Shown: positions 55,306-63,696 of the stretch, piece after piece | Layout of the letters: each line of letters begins with the position of its first letter | How positions within the stretch are numbered: the first letter of the stretch is position 1 | Assembly (NCBI GenBank): GCA_016182235.1 | Contig: JACOXT010000003.1 | Location: 386,209-450,208, forward strand | Source: Candidatus Levyibacteriota bacterium | Lineage (GTDB): Bacteria; Patescibacteriota; Microgenomatia; Levybacterales; UBA12049 | Reading direction: 5' to 3' | Length of the DNA: 64,000 bases | Made by a program: the position numbers and the translations under genes | The notes under the pieces: generated by a model | What the model was told of the DNA's origin: nothing | What the model saw: the letters and a program-made list of their open reading frames with translations, nothing else | The model's database searches: none

Positions 55306-56016
55306 ATGAATAATAACATTGCCAATATCCTCTCACTCTTGGAAAAAGACATAGATGCAAAAGTATTGGATGTTGGGTGCGGAGATGGCCAATATACAAT
55401 ACAGTTTAGAAAAAAAATTTCATCTCATGAAATAACCGGTGTAGATGGTGTTTTGGAAAGGCTTTATGCTGCGAAACGAAAAGGCGTAGACAAAATTCAA
55501 AAAGTAGAGCTTGAAGAAAAATGGCCCTTCCAAGATAATCATTTTGATGTTATTATTTCAAATCAAGTAATAGAGCATATATTAAATATAGATCACTTTA
55601 TAAGTGAGATATATCGCATACTAAAACCAGGCGGGTACTGCGTGATATCTACTGAGAATCTTTCTAGTTGGCATAATATATTTGCGTTAGTCTTAGGCTT
55701 CCAAGATTTTTCTCATCACATATTAAAAAAGGTACACACTGGAAATCCAATGTCGCTTCATTTTGGAGAAAAGACAGCGACTTGGAGTAAAAAAGCGCAT
55801 AGTGGAGTGGATGATACCGCATACCCCCACATTAAAATACTTACATATATAAGTCTTATTGGAATTTTTAATGCTTATAATTTCCATTTTGAAAGAGGCC
55901 TTGGAAGCGGATATTATCCTCTGTTTTCATATTTAGGCAAGCTTGCCTCAAAAATTGACCCAAGGCATTCTCATCTCATCGCAGTAAAAATGAGAAAAGG
56001 AAATACTTCTAAATGA
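55306..56016 (+). CDS. Class I SAM-dependent methyltransferase (Methyltransf_11-like)
   Basis: VLDVGCGDGQYT, FDVIISNQVIEHI and LKPGGYCVIST. ATG 55306 is preceded by GGGAAGAGG; the track uses GTG 55258. Confidence 0.8.
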   Translation: MNNNIANILSLLEKDIDAKVLDVGCGDGQYTIQFRKKISSHEITGVDGVLERLYAAKRKGVDKIQKVELEEKWPFQDNHFDVIISNQVIEHILNIDHFISEIYRILKPGGYCVISTENLSSWHNIFALVLGFQDFSHHILKKVHTGNPMSLHFGEKTATWSKKAHSGVDDTAYPHIKILTYISLIGIFNAYNFHFERGLGSGYYPLFSYLGKLASKIDPRHSHLIAVKMRKGNTSK

Positions 56017-56020
56017 AAAT

Positions 56021-57229
56021 TCAATTGCGCATCTTTGAGAAAGCATTTTTGTAAGTATTTTCCCAGGTATTCCCCTTTGCGTATTCAATTGCTTTTTCAC
56101 GCATTGAGATATATAAATTTCTATTTGAAAAAAGTTTGTCTATAGCTGCGGCTAAATCTTTTGGGCTGTCGTTAACTATCAACGCTGAACCAATTTTTGA
56201 TAATTGTTTTCCAAGCGGAGGAACATCGGTTGTGATAACTGGAAGTCCTGCTCCCATATAAAGTCTTAATTTTGTGGCATCACCAAATGCTCGGACAGAA
56301 TCTTTTCTTTTTTTGTACGGTGCAAGACCTACCATGTATCTATTTATTGTTTTTGTTAAAAGTTCCGCATTTTGAATAAACCCATGAAAAATTATATTTT
56401 TTTTGATTTGTAATGTTTCACACATTCTTTTTAGTTTATCTTCTTTTCCTTCCTCATTGCCCCCAAAAATATGAAGAGAAACATTAGGGTATTTTCGAAT
56501 CAATCTTGTTATTGCTTCGACTGCAATATCTGGTCCATTTTCAACTCCTAAAGTTCCTGCGAAGACAAGAGAGTGTGGGTAAAGATTTTCAATCTTGGAG
56601 TAGTTAATTTGACTCGGAAAGAGCGCATTCGGAACTAAGATCACTTCCGAAGATTCATCATCTCTTTGACCTGCCTGTTTCCGCCCCAAGTTAATTTCAG
56701 GTGATACATCCCAAGTGTAGTCAGCATTTTTTGCACAAAATTTGTCAAGGTATACATATATTTTATTGAAGAGAAATTGAGGGTAACGATGTGGAGAATA
56801 ATCAGAAACGTAATATACAACGGTTTTTACAAAACCTATTTTTTTCAAAAAAATTCCTGCAATTGCATAAACTGATTCAAGACCAATAAACAAATCATAT
56901 TTTGTTTTTGAACGTAAAACCCACTCAAGAACTGCCAAAAAATCCCTTATCTTAAATATTATTTTGGTTGCACTTGTATTTTGCAGTTTTAAAATTGGTT
57001 TTAAAAAATTACTGACTATAGAGTTTTTTTCAGAAACTAGTTTGCTATTTTTATATAAGTAGATTTTAGATAAAACATCGCTACTACCCGGATGCATACC
57101 GTCGATTAGATCAACCCTTTCTGTCTTAGGGAGAAAATATGAAAGCATTGCATCAACCATTCCATTTATTGCTGTTCTTTTTCCGTTTTTCCAAACAGAA
57201 AAAGTTGCAATTAAAGTCTTTTTATACAT
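56021..57229 (-). CDS. Glycosyltransferase family 4 (GT-B)
   Basis: LVFAGTLGVENGPDIAVEAI, and GAGLPVITTDVPPLGKQL. The start is revised to ATG 57229 (third codon of the track ORF) from the promoter geometry. Confidence 0.75.
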   Translation of the reverse strand: MYKKTLIATFSVWKNGKRTAINGMVDAMLSYFLPKTERVDLIDGMHPGSSDVLSKIYLYKNSKLVSEKNSIVSNFLKPILKLQNTSATKIIFKIRDFLAVLEWVLRSKTKYDLFIGLESVYAIAGIFLKKIGFVKTVVYYVSDYSPHRYPQFLFNKIYVYLDKFCAKNADYTWDVSPEINLGRKQAGQRDDESSEVILVPNALFPSQINYSKIENLYPHSLVFAGTLGVENGPDIAVEAITRLIRKYPNVSLHIFGGNEEGKEDKLKRMCETLQIKKNIIFHGFIQNAELLTKTINRYMVGLAPYKKRKDSVRAFGDATKLRLYMGAGLPVITTDVPPLGKQLSKIGSALIVNDSPKDLAAAIDKLFSNRNLYISMREKAIEYAKGNTWENTYKNAFSKMRN

Positions 57230-57236
57230 GACCATT

Positions 57237-57267
57237 ATTGTACAACACTCTAAAAATACTATACAAT
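57237..57267. promoter_or_regulatory. Symmetric bidirectional promoter ATTGTA-N19-TACAAT serving both divergent genes
   Basis: Plus strand: TTGTAC (57238-43)-18-TACAAT (57262-67), +1 at 57274, ATG at 57275. Minus strand: TTGTAT (57266-61)-18-TACAAT (57242-37), +1 at 57230, ATG at 57229. Each -35 box overlaps the other strand's -10 box. Confidence 0.4.
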
Positions 57268-57274
57268 ATCCTAC

Positions 57275-57916
57275 ATGAACTTTAGAGAAAAACTGATAAG
57301 TCTTGGAGATGCTTTTTATTACGCGACTATCGGAAAGAATCTAGTAAATATGGAGACAGTTCTAGATGTTGGCTGTGGAGTTAATTCTCCTCTTGCAAAA
57401 ATTAAAAAAAATTTTTATTCTGTGGGATTTGATATTTTTGAGCCAAGTATTAAGAAAAGCAAAAAAGCAAAAATTCATGATAAATATGTAACAGGAGATA
57501 TATTAAAAATGAAAAATTTTTTTAAACCAAAAAGTTTTGATGCGGTAATTGCTCTTGATGTAATAGAGCATTTTGAAAAAAAAGATGGATGGAAACTTTT
57601 AAATCAAATGGAGAAAATTGCAAAGAAAAAGATAGTCATTTTTACTCCATCTGGATTTACTCAACAACATCCGTACGATGGCAATCCATATCAAATTCAT
57701 AAATCAGGTTGGGATATCGATGATTTTAAAAAACTTGGATTTTCTATTTTTGGCATGAGGGGGTTTAGATTTATTCGAGGAGAATACGCAACAATTAAAT
57801 ATAAACCCTGGTTTATCTGGGGAATTATTTCAGTTCTTTCGCAATTTTTAGTTTATTACAATCCGTTGCTTGCCTACCAATTGCTTGCTATAAAAGAATT
57901 AAATAAACAGAAATGA
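57275..57916 (+). CDS. Class I SAM-dependent methyltransferase
   Basis: [12 protein letters not shown] and [13 protein letters not shown]. Confidence 0.75.
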   Translation: MNFREKLISLGDAFYYATIGKNLVNMETVLDVGCGVNSPLAKIKKNFYSVGFDIFEPSIKKSKKAKIHDKYVTGDILKMKNFFKPKSFDAVIALDVIEHFEKKDGWKLLNQMEKIAKKKIVIFTPSGFTQQHPYDGNPYQIHKSGWDIDDFKKLGFSIFGMRGFRFIRGEYATIKYKPWFIWGIISVLSQFLVYYNPLLAYQLLAIKELNKQK

Positions 57917-58965
57917 GTAAAGTGCTTATCACAGGTTCTTCCGGGCTAATCGGATCGGAGTCAGCAAAGTTTTTTGCCGAAAAAGATTTTGACGTTTTTG
58001 GAATAGATAATGACATGAGATCTTATTTTTTTGGTAGGGAAGCAAGTACGTCTTGGAATAGAAAATTTTTGGAGAAACAATATAAGAATTATAAGCATTT
58101 CGATTTTGATATAAGAAATAAAACAAGACTTGGGAAAATTTTTAAAGAACATAAATTTGATTTAATAATTCATACTGCCGCACAACCTTCTCATGATTGG
58201 GCGGCAAGGGAGCCCCTAACTGATTTTGAAATTAATGCCCTTGCTACAATTTATCTTTTGGAAAATTTCAGAAAATATTCTCCGAATGCTGTTTTTATTT
58301 TTACATCCACAAATAAAGTATATGGAGATACGCCTAACAAACTTCCTTTTATCGAGCTTAAAAAACGTTACGAATTGCCTCTTGATCATAAGTTTTACAA
58401 GGGCGTAGATGAAACAATGAGCATTGACAATTCAAAACACAGCATTTTTGGCGCTTCAAAAATTGCGGGAGATATCATGGTACAGGAGTATGGAAAATAC
58501 TTTGGCTTGAAAACAGTGTTATTTCGTGGCGGATGTCTTACCGGACCAGCTCATTCAGGCGCAAAGCTTCACGGATTTTTGGCATATCTTGTAAAGTGTA
58601 TTATGCAAAATCGAGAATATATAATTAATGGTTATAAGGGAAAACAAGTAAGAGACAATATTCATTCATTTGATTTAGTTAATGCATTTTACCATGTATA
58701 CAAAAGCCCTAAGATGGGCGAGGCATATAATATGGGGGGCTCTCGTTATTCAAACTGTTCGATACTTGAGGCTATTGAAAAAATAGAAAATATTTTGAAG
58801 AAAAAAGCAAAATATTCTTATCTTAATGAAAATCGAAGTGGAGATCATATATGGTATATCTCTAACGTGTCAAAATTTAAAAATCATTATCCCAAGTGGA
58901 AATATACTTATAACTTAGATAAAATTTTACTCGAACTTTGTAAGGAAGGTCATTTTGAAATTTAA
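57913..58965 (+). CDS. Extended SDR, NDP-sugar epimerase (CDP-paratose 2-epimerase/GalE-like)
   Basis: [29 protein letters not shown] and [12 protein letters not shown] overlap. Confidence 0.7.
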   Translation: MSKVLITGSSGLIGSESAKFFAEKDFDVFGIDNDMRSYFFGREASTSWNRKFLEKQYKNYKHFDFDIRNKTRLGKIFKEHKFDLIIHTAAQPSHDWAAREPLTDFEINALATIYLLENFRKYSPNAVFIFTSTNKVYGDTPNKLPFIELKKRYELPLDHKFYKGVDETMSIDNSKHSIFGASKIAGDIMVQEYGKYFGLKTVLFRGGCLTGPAHSGAKLHGFLAYLVKCIMQNREYIINGYKGKQVRDNIHSFDLVNAFYHVYKSPKMGEAYNMGGSRYSNCSILEAIEKIENILKKKAKYSYLNENRSGDHIWYISNVSKFKNHYPKWKYTYNLDKILLELCKEGHFEI

Positions 58966-58970
58966 TTTTT

Positions 58971-60038
58971 ATGAATTATAAGAATATTCTTGTAACTGGA
59001 GGAGCAGGATTTGTTGGGTCAAATATTTGCATTAAACTGAAAAATTATTTTTCGAATATTGATGTTTTTGCTCTTGATAACCTAACTCGGAAAGGTTCTA
59101 AGCTCAATGTTCCGCGTCTTGAAAAAAACGGTGTCAAATTTATGTATGGAGATGTTCGAAATAAAAAAGATTTAGAAATTAAAGATTCGGATCTGATAAT
59201 TGAATGTTCCGCAGAACCTTCCGTAATGGCGGGAGTTAGTTCTTCTCCCAACTACTTAGTTTCGACAAACTTGGTTGGTGCATTAAATTGTTTTGAGCTG
59301 GCGAGAAAAACAAATTGCGATATTGTTTTTTTGTCAACCAGTAGAGTATATCCTGTTCACCTATTAAATAATATTAAATATAAAGACGGAAGTACTCGAT
59401 TTGAAATTCTTAATAGTCAAAATATAGATGGCGTATCGAAAGAAGGAATTTCTGAAGAATTTCCACTCACAGGCAACAGAACACTATATGGAGCTACAAA
59501 ACTTTCTGCAGAATTTGTTCTTATGGAATATATTAATAATTATGGTATGAAAGGGATTATAAATAGGTGTGGTCTTATAACGGGCCCATGGCAAATGGGA
59601 AAAGTTGATCAAGGTATTATAGCGCTTTGGATGGCAAGACACATATTTGAGAAGTCTTTAAGCTTCATTGGTTTTGGAGGAGAGGGAAAACAAGTTCGGG
59701 ATGTTTTAGATATAGACGATTTATTTGATCTTTTGGCAATTCAGCTTTCAGATGTAAAAAAATATAGTGGACATATTTTTAATGTTGGAGGCGGAAAGGA
59801 AAATAGCGTATCTCTTCTTGAGTTAACTAAGTTTTGTCAGGCTCTCTCAGGCAATAAGGTTTCAATAAGTAATGATCCCAAGACACGGCAAGGAGATATT
59901 CGTATTTACATATCAGACAATAGTAAAATAAGAAAATTATCTTCCTGGAAACCAAAAAAAACTCTGGAAAAAACCCTTGATGAAGTTTACAAATGGATCG
60001 TTGACTATAAAAAAGAGCTTAAACCGATTCTTTCCTGA
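58971..60038 (+). CDS. Extended SDR, CDP-paratose 2-epimerase (RfbE)-like NDP-sugar epimerase
   Basis: VTGGAGFVGSNI, DNLTRKGSKLNVPRLEKNGVKFMYGDVRN, LSTSRVYP, YGATKLSAE and NRCGLITGPWQ. Confidence 0.7.
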   Translation: MNYKNILVTGGAGFVGSNICIKLKNYFSNIDVFALDNLTRKGSKLNVPRLEKNGVKFMYGDVRNKKDLEIKDSDLIIECSAEPSVMAGVSSSPNYLVSTNLVGALNCFELARKTNCDIVFLSTSRVYPVHLLNNIKYKDGSTRFEILNSQNIDGVSKEGISEEFPLTGNRTLYGATKLSAEFVLMEYINNYGMKGIINRCGLITGPWQMGKVDQGIIALWMARHIFEKSLSFIGFGGEGKQVRDVLDIDDLFDLLAIQLSDVKKYSGHIFNVGGGKENSVSLLELTKFCQALSGNKVSISNDPKTRQGDIRIYISDNSKIRKLSSWKPKKTLEKTLDEVYKWIVDYKKELKPILS

Positions 60039-60044
60039 GTTTTC

Positions 60045-63000
60045 ATGAAAAATTTTTTTAAAAAAGATAATCTTATCGATATTCTTTTTATCTTTTTGAT
60101 AAGTCTTACTCCGCTTCTTTGGTTTCGTGAAAATACCATAATGGCAGGTCATGATCTAGTATTTCCTCTAAATCCTCAAGAGTTTCTGTATGGAAGATTA
60201 TTTACATGGATTGATATGGGTTTTGGCCAGGGACAATCTCTTATTATGGGAACAATCCCAACTCATCTTATTGATGCTCTTCCTTCCTTTTTAGGATTTT
60301 CAATTCAAAATTCACAAAAAATAGTTTATGTGTTTTGGTTCTTTCTTATTGGTTTATCTGTCTATACTCTTGCAAAGACAATAAATAATAAGAGTAGAAT
60401 ATTTCAGCTTACAAGTGTAGTTTTGTATCAATTTAATTTTTTTATTCTTCAAGCATGGTGGGTAGCTGAGCGAACAAAATTTTCTGCATATGTTGCCTTA
60501 CCTCTTGTTCTCACCATCTTCATAAGAGTTTTGCGAGGAGAAATGAGCGTTGGGAGAGGTGTTGCATACAATACGATTATACTTTTTTTCCTTAACGGTG
60601 GTGGACTTTTTGGGATTTCTCTTTTTGGCGGTTTTTTTATAACAATTTTTACATTTATTGTATTTTTTTCCTTACTAAGTATTTTGCGGCACGAATTAGG
60701 GAAAATTAAAAAAATTGCTCTTCTTACTCTTTTTACCATTATCTTTTCTCTAATTGTAAATTCGTATTATTTATTCCCCGCTTTCACAAGTTTGATCTCT
60801 CAATACGAACAGGGGTTTATGCAGGGAGGGGGAGCAGCGGGATTTATTAATTGGGCGTCTGAAATAAGCGCAAATGCATATTATATGAATATTTTTCGCC
60901 TTCAAGGAGTATCAGAATGGTACGATAACGTTGATCATCCGTATTCAAAATATTTTCTAAATAATCCAATTTTGATATTTATTAGTTTTGTGTGGTCATT
61001 TCTTATCTTTTCAGCGCTTTTAATAAGAAGAAAAGAAGCGAAGGAGTTAATAATTTATTTTTTTCTGACTTTTTTACTGGGTGTATTCTTTACTGCAGGC
61101 ACACATCCTCCTTTAGGTTTGATTTATGGCTTCTTACTGGAGAATATTCCAGGATTTGCCGCATTTAGAAGTCCTTATTTTAAGTTTGCTCCTTCAGTGT
61201 TTTTGGCAGCAAGTTTTTTGATAGCATTTGTGATCGATAGCCTTTCAAGTAGATTTAAGAAGGTATTCTTTATTTGTTTTATTATTTTAATTTTTGTATA
61301 TCATTTTCCATATTTTACCGGTGAATTTTTCTCTTGGAAAAAAGGATTTTCAACTAGATTGGAGATTCCAAATTACGTATTTCAATTTGGCGATTGGTTA
61401 AACCAGGAAAAGAATGATGATGGGAGGGTACTTTTTTTGCCCCCGAATAGCCCAAACTGGGAATATAGCGCATACTCTTGGGGATATTTGAGCTATCAAG
61501 CAGTTCCGACTCTTTTTAGCAACAAATCTGTAGTAATAAACAATGACAGATTAAATACTGAGGAAAAAAAAATAGTTAATTTGCTATATCAATCAATTGA
61601 AGGAAATGATAAGGTTTTGACAGAAAAGCTTCTTTCTCTTCTTAGAATCCAATATATTGTCGTGACAGAAGACATAGTATCGGATATCCAATCTCCTATT
61701 TCCCAAGACGCTAACTACTATCGAAAGATTTTGGAAGAAAGCCTTAAAGCGGCTAAAATTAGGGATTTTGAAAAGTGGGATGTTTATAAGTCAAATACAG
61801 ATCTTTCACCTCGATTTTTCTTAATTGATAATATTGATATAGTTTCAGGAGCTATAATAGATGTTGGTAAATACTATGATATTTTAAGCCGTCCTAACGT
61901 TTTTGCAATAGAGAATGATCTTCTCAAAGAGGAACAGACACCAATAAATTCAAGTAATAAATTCTATGTGCCCGACTGTCTAAATTGCACGAATAAAGAT
62001 CGACCATTTATAGTAATTCCTGAAAGAAGTGTTTTGCCTGATTCCCCATTATATCCTTTGGTGCTTTTATACGAAGACTTGAAGCTGAACAAGGTAAATA
62101 AAAAAAGTCTTTTATATGATTATTTAGGTATATCGCTTAAAAGGGCTGGAGAAGCAAGAGAAATATTTAAGTCCTACAAAAAACCAGACAGCGCTTTCGT
62201 TAATAATTATATTTTACTATTGGAAAAAATAACTAGTACTTTCAATTCACTAACTTCAGAGGAGAAAAACGATGTGGTGGACGATGTCGATTTTTATTTG
62301 ACTAGCGAACACTCTGTGCTCTCAGAATTATTTGGAGTGTATGCAACTGATGGAAATTCCTCCATTGTTCTCGACCGAATAATTCAAGGAATAAATTCTG
62401 TTCTTGAAAAAATAAATCCATACTTACTTAAACTAGATGCTATCAATAATCGTTTATACGAGACTTTAGTTGAGAATCCTGGAAACTATAATTTATATCT
62501 TAAAAAAGAGGGGTTTGCCTCAATAATTTCCGATAAGCAAAAGCTAGCTCTTACTCTTGATGATTCTCTAAGGAGAGAAATAGATTTAATGTCATCATCT
62601 AATGCGGATAAGTGGCTAATATTCCCAAATATATATCTTTCAAATGGTAAACATCGTTTTCTTATTTCATATCCGGAACCACAAAATGTGATAGATGAAT
62701 TAAAAGCTGATACAACGGAGTTTAATACAAGGGGAAGTAGTAATTGCTTTACCGCAAGAGTTAATAATTTCGATTATAAAAAAACATATAGGATGAAGCT
62801 TAATTATACAAATGATTTTACAAACGAACTATTCTTTTATGCATGGGAGCTTGAGAACAACAAGAGAGATTTGATAAATGCTTACAGATTGAGAGCGGGC
62901 GTAGTAGATGAGGAGCTCTTACGTTTCATAAAAGTAGATAGCAGAAAAACAGGACTTATAATCGCTTTGTGCTCTTCAAATTTAAATAATGAGGTAATAG

Positions 63001-63395
63001 AAAAAAAGATAAATCTTAAGGTAAATGAAGTAATACAGCCAAACATTATTATTGTTCCAGAAAATATTAAGACTAGATCTATAACCCCTATTGAATATAG
63101 AAGAGTAAATCCAACGGAATTTGATCTGGTACTTTCTAATCCTTTTGAAAAAGCAGTCTTGGTTTTTTCTGATCGTTTTGACAACGGTTGGGAGATTGAA
63201 GGCGAGAATTTTCATCATTTTAAAGCAGGACTTAAAAATGCATGGATAATTGATGGGGCGGGCAGAGTTAATCTTAAGCTTTTTTATAAACCCCAGAAGA
63301 TTTTTATGTATACGGGAGTAATAAGTGTAATTTCTTTAGGTTTGGTATTACTTTATATTTTTTTCCACAAAAATGATAAAACTTCAAATAAATAA
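60045..63395 (+). CDS. Giant (1116 aa) GT-C-like membrane glycosyltransferase, AftD/DUF3367-like architecture
   Basis: N-terminal ~430 aa with at least 10 TM segments and an acidic motif after TM1 (MAGHDLVFPLNP). A soluble middle region of about 650 aa and a single C-terminal TM (IFMYTGVISVISLGLVLLYIFF) follow. Confidence 0.5.
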   Translation: MKNFFKKDNLIDILFIFLISLTPLLWFRENTIMAGHDLVFPLNPQEFLYGRLFTWIDMGFGQGQSLIMGTIPTHLIDALPSFLGFSIQNSQKIVYVFWFFLIGLSVYTLAKTINNKSRIFQLTSVVLYQFNFFILQAWWVAERTKFSAYVALPLVLTIFIRVLRGEMSVGRGVAYNTIILFFLNGGGLFGISLFGGFFITIFTFIVFFSLLSILRHELGKIKKIALLTLFTIIFSLIVNSYYLFPAFTSLISQYEQGFMQGGGAAGFINWASEISANAYYMNIFRLQGVSEWYDNVDHPYSKYFLNNPILIFISFVWSFLIFSALLIRRKEAKELIIYFFLTFLLGVFFTAGTHPPLGLIYGFLLENIPGFAAFRSPYFKFAPSVFLAASFLIAFVIDSLSSRFKKVFFICFIILIFVYHFPYFTGEFFSWKKGFSTRLEIPNYVFQFGDWLNQEKNDDGRVLFLPPNSPNWEYSAYSWGYLSYQAVPTLFSNKSVVINNDRLNTEEKKIVNLLYQSIEGNDKVLTEKLLSLLRIQYIVVTEDIVSDIQSPISQDANYYRKILEESLKAAKIRDFEKWDVYKSNTDLSPRFFLIDNIDIVSGAIIDVGKYYDILSRPNVFAIENDLLKEEQTPINSSNKFYVPDCLNCTNKDRPFIVIPERSVLPDSPLYPLVLLYEDLKLNKVNKKSLLYDYLGISLKRAGEAREIFKSYKKPDSAFVNNYILLLEKITSTFNSLTSEEKNDVVDDVDFYLTSEHSVLSELFGVYATDGNSSIVLDRIIQGINSVLEKINPYLLKLDAINNRLYETLVENPGNYNLYLKKEGFASIISDKQKLALTLDDSLRREIDLMSSSNADKWLIFPNIYLSNGKHRFLISYPEPQNVIDELKADTTEFNTRGSSNCFTARVNNFDYKKTYRMKLNYTNDFTNELFFYAWELENNKRDLINAYRLRAGVVDEELLRFIKVDSRKTGLIIALCSSNLNNEVIEKKINLKVNEVIQPNIIIVPENIKTRSITPIEYRRVNPTEFDLVLSNPFEKAVLVFSDRFDNGWEIEGENFHHFKAGLKNAWIIDGAGRVNLKLFYKPQKIFMYTGVISVISLGLVLLYIFFHKNDKTSNK

Positions 63396-63696
63396 AAAAA
63401 CATTAATATTCGCAATACTTTTACTTGTATTGCTATTCCTAAGAGACGTCCCGTACATAAATGTTTTTTTTATAAACAAAGTATGGCTACTTTATCTTTT
63501 GCTACTTTTTTTTATATTCTTTCCAAAAAATCCGACAACTCTTCTTATAGTTATTTTTTCTTTTTTAATTTTATCGTTTTTTCTTTCTTTGATTAAATTT
63601 TTTGTGGCCGCTGAGTTTGCAGGGGTTATAATTTATTTTTTATTGTGGGTTGTTGTGGCAATAAAGATCTATGAGTTGGTTAAAGAAAAAAACTAA
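63373..63696 (+). CDS. Small hydrophobic membrane protein; function unknown
   Basis: 107 aa with three or four hydrophobic segments. It overlaps the upstream gene by 23 nt. Confidence 0.4.
   Translation: MIKLQINKKTLIFAILLLVLLFLRDVPYINVFFINKVWLLYLLLLFFIFFPKNPTTLLIVIFSFLILSFFLSLIKFFVAAEFAGVIIYFLLWVVVAIKIYELVKEKN

Noticed and set aside
431-63218. About 45 short ORFs (60-146 aa) in the track lie antisense to, or in alternative frames of, the long genes. Examples: 431-646(-), 4658-4948(-), 10916-11227(-), 18003-18311(+), 33559-33999(+), 36602-36901(+), 41091-41411(+), 53924-54259(+), 60449-60739(-), 62882-63184(-).
   Set aside because: All are fully nested in longer ORFs that carry clear family motifs. 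Their products are low-complexity with no recognisable domains, and they have no promoter or coupling signals. They are expected by chance in AT-rich DNA with few stop-free constraints on the opposite strand.
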